The translations under genes were made by a program, and so were the position numbers. Shown piece after piece: positions 27,485 to 34,838 of a stretch of DNA of 34,838 nt; position 1 is the first letter of the stretch; each line of letters starts with the position of its first letter. The notes beneath the pieces were generated by a model that saw only the letters and a list, made by a program, of their open reading frames with translations, was not told the origin of the DNA and searched no databases. Origin of the DNA: a virus (lineage: Duplodnaviria; Caudoviricetes); the IMG/VR virus record IMGVR_UViG_3300020045_004937, positions 1-34,838 of that record, one strand, 5' to 3'.

Positions 27485-28349
27485 AGACGACCCAAAACTA
27501 GCCGAGCTTCTTAGGTCTATAGAAGCCCAGGACTTTCCGAAGGAAGATATGGAAGTATTGGTTATCACAGAAGGGACCTCGGAGTCTGCTAAGGCTATTG
27601 GAATCCGCAAGGCTAAGGGTGAGGTGATTGGGATATTGGCGAGTGATAATGAGCTAGTCTATACTGATTTTATTTCTCAAATAATGAATCTATTTCCAGT
27701 TAATGATGCGGTATGGCCAGAGTATTATTTTCGTCATCTAGGCGATGATGCTTTGAACAGATATTTTGCTCTTATTGGTGGGAACGATTCTCTTTGTTTT
27801 TATATGGGCAAAAACGATAAAAAATCTCATCTAGATATAGTTGAAAGAAAATTTCCATTTAAAGTTAAATGTAATAAATCATATGGAGATAATGGATTCT
27901 TTATAAAAAAGGAAGTTATTTGCAGAACCGATTTAGACAATTATTACCATGTAGATAACGCAAATGAAGCTATTGCTGATAGAAGAACAGCATCTATTGG
28001 ATTTGCAATCTGGCATAAGACAGGCGGCAACATCTTCTCCTTCTTCCGTAAACGCTACCGCTACGGCCTCCAACACGCCTTTAATAAGAACCGTCGCTGG
28101 CACTTAGTAGACTTCAGACAACCTAAAGATATCGTGAGGCTAATATGGTTTGTAATATGTTCAGTCACTCTTGTCGAGCCACTAATTCTATCATTCAGAG
28201 GCTTTCTGAAGATAAGGGATGTAGCTTGGTTCTTACACCCTGTGGTTTGTTTGATGACTCTTACAACGTACAGCCTCTTAGTGATACGCCTAGGGCTATC
28301 CCGTTTGTTTCCATCGTCATCTGCACCTATGGCCGCCCAGAAAGCCTAA
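27450..28349 (+). CDS. Glycosyltransferase family 2 with C-terminal TM helices
   Basis: LSLVIP, AKAIGIRKAKGE, ASDNE (DxD variant), GDNGF; hydrophobic C-terminus. Confidence 0.75.
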   Translation: MKLSLVIPAKSKDDPKLAELLRSIEAQDFPKEDMEVLVITEGTSESAKAIGIRKAKGEVIGILASDNELVYTDFISQIMNLFPVNDAVWPEYYFRHLGDDALNRYFALIGGNDSLCFYMGKNDKKSHLDIVERKFPFKVKCNKSYGDNGFFIKKEVICRTDLDNYYHVDNANEAIADRRTASIGFAIWHKTGGNIFSFFRKRYRYGLQHAFNKNRRWHLVDFRQPKDIVRLIWFVICSVTLVEPLILSFRGFLKIRDVAWFLHPVVCLMTLTTYSLLVIRLGLSRLFPSSSAPMAAQKA

Positions 28350-29077
28350 ATGAAACACTTATCTCTCTCACAAAACAAACTTTCAAAGATTTTGAAATCC
28401 TACTCATCACTGAAAAAGGGAACCTATCGGAGCTCCGGCAACGTGGCCTTAGATGTTCAGGAGGAGATATTGTTTCATTTATTGACGATGACGTTTATTG
28501 CCCGCCAACTTGGTTGGAAGGTGTCGTTGCGGGTTTCAGGGAAGGAGTTGTAGGTGTATCGGGGCCAACTGTTGTACCGCACTCCCATCTATCTAACCGA
28601 GATATATTCCGCTGGAGACGGCTCAAGAACCTATACGATTTCCTATTCCTTGATGGGAATCAAGAAGTCCCTGGATACCTTTCAAGTTGTGGTGCGCCCT
28701 CAACGGCTTCAAATTATCCAAACGGTCGAATTACCTGTACACCGCATTACCTCGAAGCATGCAACATGTCAGTTAAAAAAAATGATGCCATTACTGTTGG
28801 AGGATTTGAAGGATGTTTTATCTCTACTTCGGAGTGGTGCGAGGTTGATTTGGCGCTCAAGCTCAGGTCAAAAGGTAAACTTGTCTACTCAAAGGATGCT
28901 TACCTCAACCATAAGCCGAGCAAGGCAGGTATCTATAAGAGCCGACTTTCAACGAAGCATAGGTGGAAGAACTTCATGTACTTCCAAAAAAAGTGGATAA
29001 AGCCAAGCCTAAAAACCTATATCTATCGGGGATTCATATGGACTTACCTAAAGATGAAAAATCTGCAAATGATATGA
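28298..29077 (+). CDS. Glycosyltransferase family 2 (probable ATC start; track start 28145)
   Basis: (M)PFVSIVICTYGR, GDIVSFIDDD, CNMSV, GGFE and EVDL motifs. Confidence 0.85.
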   Translation: MPFVSIVICTYGRPESLNETLISLTKQTFKDFEILLITEKGNLSELRQRGLRCSGGDIVSFIDDDVYCPPTWLEGVVAGFREGVVGVSGPTVVPHSHLSNRDIFRWRRLKNLYDFLFLDGNQEVPGYLSSCGAPSTASNYPNGRITCTPHYLEACNMSVKKNDAITVGGFEGCFISTSEWCEVDLALKLRSKGKLVYSKDAYLNHKPSKAGIYKSRLSTKHRWKNFMYFQKKWIKPSLKTYIYRGFIWTYLKMKNLQMI

Positions 29078-29226
29078 CCAAAAGTGGGAGGTATTGCCCG
29101 AATGACCAAGAAGAGCTCGAAAAAGTCTCAGGTGAAATCAGGTACACATGTCATTGGTGCGGAGCAGTGTACGAAATCGACGAGCATGGGAACATCGTCA
29201 TCACCCACTTTGAAGGTTTTAAATGA
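29074..29226 (+). CDS. Small zinc-ribbon protein (50 aa)
   Basis: ATGA-coupled start; CPND...CHWC. Confidence 0.55.
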   Translation: MTKSGRYCPNDQEELEKVSGEIRYTCHWCGAVYEIDEHGNIVITHFEGFK

Positions 29227-29512
29227 TAGGGTTCTTATTGAGCCTGAGAAGGACTTGAAGCTGGAGGGGGCCTCGGAGGAAGTCATTGAGGCTTTAAAGA
29301 CCGACAAGCTCTATATCCCAGACGCCTATGAGAACTTCTATCTGAAGCGTCCAACATGGGGCAAAATTGTCTCGTGGGGAGATAAGTGCAAGTACAAGTG
29401 GGAAGTAGGACAAAAGGTTGCTTTTGCTCGTGATGGGTGGGCCAAGCTAACCTTTCAGAATAAGGAATATCTAGTGTTTACAGAGAGCCAGCTTAATGCG
29501 ACTATCGGTTGA
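29210..29512 (+). CDS. groES: Co-chaperonin GroES-like protein
   Basis: TTG start giving MKVLNDRVLIEP; LYIPD, GKIVSWG, VGQKV and EYLVFTESQLNA motifs. Confidence 0.8.
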   Translation: MKVLNDRVLIEPEKDLKLEGASEEVIEALKTDKLYIPDAYENFYLKRPTWGKIVSWGDKCKYKWEVGQKVAFARDGWAKLTFQNKEYLVFTESQLNATIG

Positions 29513-29750
29513 CCCAAAGCCTCTAGGGGCTTTCATAGAGTACACCCTTAAGCCCATCCTAGACACCCTGCGGGAACTCCTTGAGAAGCTTGAGATTCAT
29601 GGCCTCAAGGCTGAGAGGTTACTAGGCTACCTCCTAGCCATCTACATCATAGACTTCTTTAAGCAACTCATCATCACCTGTATTGTCACAGGAGCAGTAT
29701 GCTACACGGCACTAAGAATACTCTCATATTACCCAAATATAGCTCAATAA
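29496..29750 (+). CDS. Small membrane protein
   Basis: Hydrophobic C-terminal half; tiles between its neighbours. Confidence 0.5.
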   Translation: MRLSVDPKPLGAFIEYTLKPILDTLRELLEKLEIHGLKAERLLGYLLAIYIIDFFKQLIITCIVTGAVCYTALRILSYYPNIAQ

Positions 29751-30256
29751 AAGAGCACGAGGGCAAAGGTAACTGGGCTCTTTGGAAATACTACGTTCCA
29801 CCTTTCTCATTTTTCTACCAGAAGAAACTTAAGATGATATTAGACCTGATGGATTCAAACCATACCTATCACAACATCCTAGACTTTGGATCAGGCCCAG
29901 GAATATTCACTCCATCACTTAAGAAGAAAGCCATCTTTGTAGTCTCTAAGGATAAGAACGACCATATCAGCGAGAAGTGGTACTTCTCAGCAATAGTGTG
30001 TGCAAGTGTGCTGGAGTTCTGTGAGTTGTCTCATACCATTAAACTTCTCCGCTCTATTACTAAGCCTCAAGGCCGATTATTCGTGGCCTCCCCAATGAAG
30101 TCGAGGTGGTCTAGCCTCTACTTTGACGCAATAGGAGATAAGAACCTCCGTAACTCTGATTCAGATATTGTTGAGGCTATCTCAAAGCACTACGTCATTG
30201 AAGAATACAAAGAATGGCGAGGATTATACTTTGCTCTGAGAGCGAGGCCGAAATGA
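29699..30256 (+). CDS. Class I SAM-dependent methyltransferase
   Basis: ILDFGSGPG motif I, IVCASVLE, KPQGRL. Confidence 0.85.
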   Translation: MLHGTKNTLILPKYSSIKEHEGKGNWALWKYYVPPFSFFYQKKLKMILDLMDSNHTYHNILDFGSGPGIFTPSLKKKAIFVVSKDKNDHISEKWYFSAIVCASVLEFCELSHTIKLLRSITKPQGRLFVASPMKSRWSSLYFDAIGDKNLRNSDSDIVEAISKHYVIEEYKEWRGLYFALRARPK

Positions 30257-30954
30257 AAGATTTGACAGTAGTAATCCCATGCTATAAAGAAAACCCAGAA
30301 ATAGTTCTAGGTTTAATATGTGAAATAAAGCTTCTAGGGGCAGAAGTCATTGTAGTTGATGATGGGGGTCATCTTGATATTCCGTATGACCTAGAACATT
30401 ACATCATAAGAAACCCTGTGAATATGGGCTATGGGTATTCCTTGAAGCGTGGGATAAGAGAAGCTTCTACTCCGTATGTTTGTACAATGGACGGAGATGG
30501 TCAACACTCTGTAGATGACGTGGTAAAACTCTACAAAACTTTTAAGCTCATAGATAACTGTTCCATGATAGTTGGTTGTAGATGGAGTATTAAGGACAGC
30601 CCGCTTAGATGGATAGCAAGAAAAGCCATCAACTTCGTGGCTTGCTTAGTAGCCAGACACTACCTTATCGACCTGAATAGCGGGATGAGGATATTTAAGC
30701 GTCAACTCGCCATAGACTATGAACCCATCCTTTGCGATACTTTCTCCTTCACCACCTCCCTAACTCTCTGCATGGTCGTAGACAGATGCAAAGTAGCCTG
30801 GTTCCCGATAGACGTAAAACCAAGAGCTTATGGAAACTCCAAAGTCAAACTTCTGCAACACGGCCTTATTACTCTTTGGTACATCATCTATATCGGGGGT
30901 GCATTACGGACACGCAGACTCAGAGCCAAGCTCAGACATATACTTGGACGATAG
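30253..30954 (+). CDS. DPM1-like GT2 (polyprenol-phosphate glycosyltransferase-like)
   Basis: VVIPCYKE, VVDDG, NMGYG, MDGDGQH, DLNSGMR and R.YGNSK motifs; ATG at 30253 in ATGA overlap. Confidence 0.85.
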   Translation: MKDLTVVIPCYKENPEIVLGLICEIKLLGAEVIVVDDGGHLDIPYDLEHYIIRNPVNMGYGYSLKRGIREASTPYVCTMDGDGQHSVDDVVKLYKTFKLIDNCSMIVGCRWSIKDSPLRWIARKAINFVACLVARHYLIDLNSGMRIFKRQLAIDYEPILCDTFSFTTSLTLCMVVDRCKVAWFPIDVKPRAYGNSKVKLLQHGLITLWYIIYIGGALRTRRLRAKLRHILGR

Positions 30955-31490
30955 ATTGTGAAAGTGACTGGGGCGGTCGTACAGAGACCACTCTAGGCGT
31001 CCAACAAGGATTACCTTTTATTCTCGAAGTATTCCGTGAGAACAAGGTAAAGGGCCTATTCTTTGTCTCAAGCGAGCTTATGAAGAATCATAGATTTGAA
31101 ATAGATATGATTAAAGACAAGGGGCATGAAATAGGCTCGCATGGGCACTTTCACTTTATCTACAAAGACCCTTGGAGGGCCAAGCAAGACAGGGAAATCT
31201 CTATGGCAGTCCTAGACAAGTACAAGCCTGTCCATTACAGAGCCCCTAAGTTCTCCTACGACGATGGCGGGGCATACGCCAACCCAAATAACCACATTGG
31301 CCTCCTTAAATCTCTCTGGACAGGTCTTAGGCCACGCCAAGACGCCATCTACTACCTCCACCCATTTGACCTTGTAGAATCCAAGAACCCTCCGAACCTC
31401 TTCTGCCGTATGTGGTATTCTAGGAGTAAGGACGCAAGGAGGCATTTTGCCAACCTTGTCCAACAATACCCTGGAAAGGTGAGATTATGA
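30903..31490 (+). CDS. Polysaccharide deacetylase (NodB/CE4-like); start uncertain
   Basis: TIDCE, LFFV, GHEIGSHGHFH, YRAP and YLHP motifs. The track start at 30732 overlaps the upstream gene by more than 200 nt. Confidence 0.8.
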   Translation: MTDTQTQSQAQTYTWTIDCESDWGGRTETTLGVQQGLPFILEVFRENKVKGLFFVSSELMKNHRFEIDMIKDKGHEIGSHGHFHFIYKDPWRAKQDREISMAVLDKYKPVHYRAPKFSYDDGGAYANPNNHIGLLKSLWTGLRPRQDAIYYLHPFDLVESKNPPNLFCRMWYSRSKDARRHFANLVQQYPGKVRL

Positions 31491-32959
31491 AGGTATGCCT
31501 AATCAACGTTCCAAACACGTTTGAATTGGTCGGAAACGACCCTGTAATCATTAAAGACCAACAGGGGGTGTACCCACCTCTTGGAATCCTCTACATTGCC
31601 GCCTGCCTCAAGGCCAAAGACTACGAAGTAAAGGTCATAGATGCACAAGCCTCCGGCCAGACTCATGCCGAAGTAGCCGAAGAAGTCGCCCAATGGAAAC
31701 CCCATGTAGTTGGGCTAACCGCAATGACCTTTACTCTCGTAGATGTAAAACTCACCATACAGGAGATTCGTAAACGTGTTTCAACCAAGATTATCATCGG
31801 TGGCCCTCATACGGCGATCTATCCAGATGAGTGCTTCGAGAAGGGTGGCCTCGATGCCGACTACGTTATCGTCGGGGAAGGGGAAATCACCCTCGACCGC
31901 CTCTGTAAAGATATCGAAATGGGCAAAGCCAAAGACCGTATCTACCGCCAAGAAGCGTTCATCCAAGACTTAAATGAGCTACCATTCCCCGCTCGTGAGC
32001 TTACGAATATTGATAAGTATTACTCTGTACTTTCTAGTGATACTCCTACTACTACTGCTTTTTCTTCTCGTGGCTGTCCTTTCTCCTGTGCTTATTGTGA
32101 CCGTCCGGCTCTTGGAAAAGGCTTCAGGGCTATGGACGCCTCCAGGGTCGCAGATGAGATGGAATGGTGTCAGACCCATGGCATCAAGGAAATCTTCTTC
32201 TATGATGACACCTTCTCAGTCTCAATGAAGCGTGTGCAGTCTATCTGTGATGAGGTAAAGAGACGCCAGATTAAGATTAAGTGGGATGTCAGAACTCGTG
32301 TCAATGTTGTGAATGAGGAGCTTCTTAAGTCCATGAAGGAAGCGGGATGTGAACGCATCCACTTTGGCGTGGAAACAGGTAATCCAAGAGTCGTAAAGGA
32401 GCTCCAGAAGGGAACCTCCATCGAGCAGGTCGAGCGAGCCTTCGACCTCTGTAAGAAATACAAGATTAAGACTCTTGCCTATTTCATGATGGGGAATCCT
32501 ACTGAGACAATGGAGGATGTAAAGGATACCTTGAGGCTCTCTCAGCGCATTAAGCCTGACTTCATGCAGATGACCATTCTTTCTCCTTTTCCGGCCACTC
32601 AGATATACCTGAGAGCTTTGCAGGAGGGAGTTGTGACAGGAGACCCATGGAGAGACTACGCTAGGCGTATTAATGACGACTTCAGGCCACCTTTGTGGGA
32701 CGACATTTATTCCCGCCCAGAACTTGAGAAGCATCTTCGGTGGTTCTATGGCAAGTTCTACCTTCAACCAAAGTTCGTGTTTGACCGAGTAAAAGAGGTG
32801 AGAAACTTTGGGCAGTTTAAGCGGTATGCTTCGGCTGGTGTGTCACTGCTTAAGATGACGATGATTCCAGAAAGTAAAATGCAAGACTCTTGGAGAACAA
32901 GAACTGAAACAGGAGTGGCTTCAAGTGCTTTACCTGAGACTGCTGTTAATATAAATTAG
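31487..32959 (+). CDS. Cobalamin-binding radical SAM protein
   Basis: PPLGILYIAA, GGPH, GEGE, SRGCPFSCAYC, FYDDTF and FGVETG motifs. Confidence 0.92.
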   Translation: MKVCLINVPNTFELVGNDPVIIKDQQGVYPPLGILYIAACLKAKDYEVKVIDAQASGQTHAEVAEEVAQWKPHVVGLTAMTFTLVDVKLTIQEIRKRVSTKIIIGGPHTAIYPDECFEKGGLDADYVIVGEGEITLDRLCKDIEMGKAKDRIYRQEAFIQDLNELPFPARELTNIDKYYSVLSSDTPTTTAFSSRGCPFSCAYCDRPALGKGFRAMDASRVADEMEWCQTHGIKEIFFYDDTFSVSMKRVQSICDEVKRRQIKIKWDVRTRVNVVNEELLKSMKEAGCERIHFGVETGNPRVVKELQKGTSIEQVERAFDLCKKYKIKTLAYFMMGNPTETMEDVKDTLRLSQRIKPDFMQMTILSPFPATQIYLRALQEGVVTGDPWRDYARRINDDFRPPLWDDIYSRPELEKHLRWFYGKFYLQPKFVFDRVKEVRNFGQFKRYASAGVSLLKMTMIPESKMQDSWRTRTETGVASSALPETAVNIN

Positions 32960-32968
32960 GAGATTAAA

Positions 32969-33466
32969 TTGCATATAAATAGCAAAGGTAAAATTAGTTA
33001 CTATAATCCTGATTATGCTAAAAATTATTATTTAGTAAATAGAGAAAGATTTAGGACTTATTACAAAGCCAGATATAAAGATTCTGAATATTCAAATAAG
33101 ATTAAGACTACACGAGAATTAGCAATTAAAGAATTAAAAGATTTTATATTCAAAACTTTAGGAAGAAAATGTTGTTATTGTGGTTTTGAAGATGAAAGAG
33201 CTTTACAAATAGACCATATAAATAGTGATGGTTACTTAGAAAAAAGAGCACATGGAAGAAGACCAACTAATTACTATAAAATAGCAAAATCTATAAAAAA
33301 TAAAGAAGATAAGTTTCAAATCCTATGTGCCAATTGTAATTGGATTAAAAGAGTTAAAAATATTGAATATAAAAAGAGGTCAATAGATGATAACAAAATA
33401 TGCATCAAAGATAAGCCGGAACTTACCTACTTTAGTATTCAAAATGGGGAGCCAAGCGTACATTGA
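32969..33466 (+). CDS. HNH endonuclease (probable homing element)
   Basis: CCYCG, LQIDHI and LCANCN motifs; sharply AT-rich; AGGAG plus TTG start. Confidence 0.85.
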   Translation: MHINSKGKISYYNPDYAKNYYLVNRERFRTYYKARYKDSEYSNKIKTTRELAIKELKDFIFKTLGRKCCYCGFEDERALQIDHINSDGYLEKRAHGRRPTNYYKIAKSIKNKEDKFQILCANCNWIKRVKNIEYKKRSIDDNKICIKDKPELTYFSIQNGEPSVH

Positions 33467-34268
33467 CAAAACATTCCCACGCCACATTTTTATCGAAACG
33501 ACAGCAAACTGCCAGCTCTCCTGTTCGTATTGTCCCAGGGAAAAACGCCAAGACAACATGGATTTTTCCCTCTTCAAGTCTATCGTGGACGAATGTAACG
33601 AACACGGGCCAAGAAGTTTCTCACTTCACCTATTCGGCGAACCACTCTTGTACCCCGACATCTTGGAAGCAATCGGATATATTAAGAAGAAAGACAAGCG
33701 ACATACAGTCCTTCTTACAACGAATGGAATCTTACTTAACAAGTTCGCAGACTCCCTTGTGGCACTCGGAGTGGACAGAATCATATGGAGCTACAGGAAG
33801 AACAACTTTAACGATAACACTAGACGGGTACTCAAGAAGGTCGGACTCATCAGACTGCTCGTTGAAGAGACGCCGAAAGATGAGTTCGAGAAGTGGAAAA
33901 CCTTCCCAAGGGTGGAAATAAAGCATCTGCATAACTATGGAGGAGCAATTGACACGTCAAAATGGGGATTGGATAACTCGAATGAAATGGTGGCAAGTAG
34001 TGCTCGTTACCCCTGTTATCACTTGTGGCTTGCTCCTGCTATCCGCTGGAATGGTGATATTACTATCTGTTGCAACGACCCTTCTGGAAGGGAGACCATT
34101 GGTAACTGCTTTCGTGGTGATAGGATTTATGACGTTTGGAACTCTAGCGTTTTGGAAAGCATTCGACTTTCACACCTAAAAGGTGAATACAAAGGTCTCT
34201 GTAAAGACTGTAACGTGTGGAAGACTTACCCCAACATGTTCTTCGGCTGGCAATGTAAACATGTGTAA
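33387..34268 (+). CDS. Radical SAM protein with SPASM/twitch domain
   Basis: CQLSCSYC, FGEPLL, TTNG; C-terminal C...CC...CKDC. Confidence 0.9.
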   Translation: MITKYASKISRNLPTLVFKMGSQAYIDKTFPRHIFIETTANCQLSCSYCPREKRQDNMDFSLFKSIVDECNEHGPRSFSLHLFGEPLLYPDILEAIGYIKKKDKRHTVLLTTNGILLNKFADSLVALGVDRIIWSYRKNNFNDNTRRVLKKVGLIRLLVEETPKDEFEKWKTFPRVEIKHLHNYGGAIDTSKWGLDNSNEMVASSARYPCYHLWLAPAIRWNGDITICCNDPSGRETIGNCFRGDRIYDVWNSSVLESIRLSHLKGEYKGLCKDCNVWKTYPNMFFGWQCKHV

Positions 34269-34422
34269 AAAGCATTGTTGGTGGAAAATAAGTTCTGGAT
34301 GGATAAAAATGGTATGTCGAAACAAACATCACCATACACGCTTTTACGGTCTCGATACTACATTAATTGGTAAAACTATATGTGTAAAATGTGGACATGA
34401 AAAAGAAGCTGCTAGGAATTAG
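34261..34422 (+). CDS. Small Cys/His-rich protein (53 aa)
   Basis: ATG at 34261; CKKH...CVKC. Confidence 0.45.
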   Translation: MCKKHCWWKISSGWIKMVCRNKHHHTRFYGLDTTLIGKTICVKCGHEKEAARN

Positions 34423-34546
34423 TCTCTTAATCCTCGGAGTAATCGGAATAGTCACTCCTTTTACTCCATGGGGGATTCCTTGTCTCCTAGGCGCAGCCTC
34501 AATATTCGGATGGAAATGGAAAAAGAAGTCACAATCCTCATCTTAG
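34397..34546 (+). CDS. Small membrane hairpin protein (49 aa), not in ORF track
   Basis: MKKKLLGISLLILGVIGIVTPFTPWGIPCLLGAASIFG; PGPGW/YbaN-like pattern. Confidence 0.55.
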   Translation: MKKKLLGISLLILGVIGIVTPFTPWGIPCLLGAASIFGWKWKKKSQSSS

Positions 34547-34838
34547 CTCACTTCCTCTTTTTCTGGCGAACCTACTTTAAGCCTATGGACTTCGCTAGAT
34601 CAGAATTACTCTCAACCTTCTTTCCCTCTTGGATATGGCAAGGGCGTCAGATAAGACAGTTTAAATCATGGAAGTATGACCCATACTACTGGCTCAACTT
34701 TCACTCTCACCCGGTGCTGTCCTCCTATTACCCTATCCATGTTCTCTCAGCGTGGATAGGGTCCTTCCTAAGCCTGGACAATGCTTTTAAACTGCTTCTC
34801 TGGTCGGTGAGACTCCACCACCTTGTTACCTCAATAGC
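34510..34838 (+). CDS. Partial membrane protein, YfhO-like GT-C glycosyltransferase (runs off the window)
   Basis: Open frame to the window end: TM1, then SELLSTFFP...WKYDPYY...SSYYP...H, resembling the YfhO-type N-terminal loop. Confidence 0.55.
   Translation, partial: MEMEKEVTILILAHFLFFWRTYFKPMDFARSELLSTFFPSWIWQGRQIRQFKSWKYDPYYWLNFHSHPVLSSYYPIHVLSAWIGSFLSLDNAFKLLLWSVRLHHLVTSI

Noticed and set aside
28554-29000. Alternative-frame plus-strand ORFs (also 26955-27353 and 33463-33921)
   Set aside because: They are fully nested in conserved enzymes, with no motifs or convincing SD.
851-34335. Numerous minus-strand ORFs in the track
   Set aside because: All are antisense shadows of well-supported plus-strand genes and have no recognisable motifs.
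413-34838. Stop-codon reassignment
   Set aside because: Genes are full length in the standard code, and TAA, TAG and TGA all occur at coupled gene junctions.

Overview
The window is a 34.8 kb, entirely plus-strand segment of a tailed dsDNA phage or prophage with podovirus-type architecture (no tape measure, sheath or tube gene seen). An AT-rich repeated non-coding region (1-412) precedes a complete virion module (413-23707): terminase, DUF2280-like TerS candidate, portal, scaffold, major capsid, several beta-rich decoration/fibre proteins, LamG lectin-like proteins, holin-like genes, adaptor, nozzle and ejection-type proteins. After a palindrome-containing promoter-like site comes an ~11 kb glycosylation/modification cluster (23752-end): a TMTC-like GT-C membrane glycosyltransferase with TPR, an SDR epimerase, a cupin, Gmd, three GT2 enzymes, GroES, a methyltransferase, a deacetylase, two radical SAM enzymes, an HNH insertion and a partial YfhO-like GT-C. 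The most striking observations are (i) three tandem ejection-region genes that each begin with the same ~80 aa HExxH zinc-peptidase-like domain, (ii) a phage-borne lipid-linked glycosylation pathway, (iii) a LamG domain nested inside another LamG domain inside the tail nozzle, (iv) probable ATC/ATT start codons, and (v) strong GATC avoidance. All family calls come from motif recognition by eye; no database searches were run. The host cannot be determined from this window.
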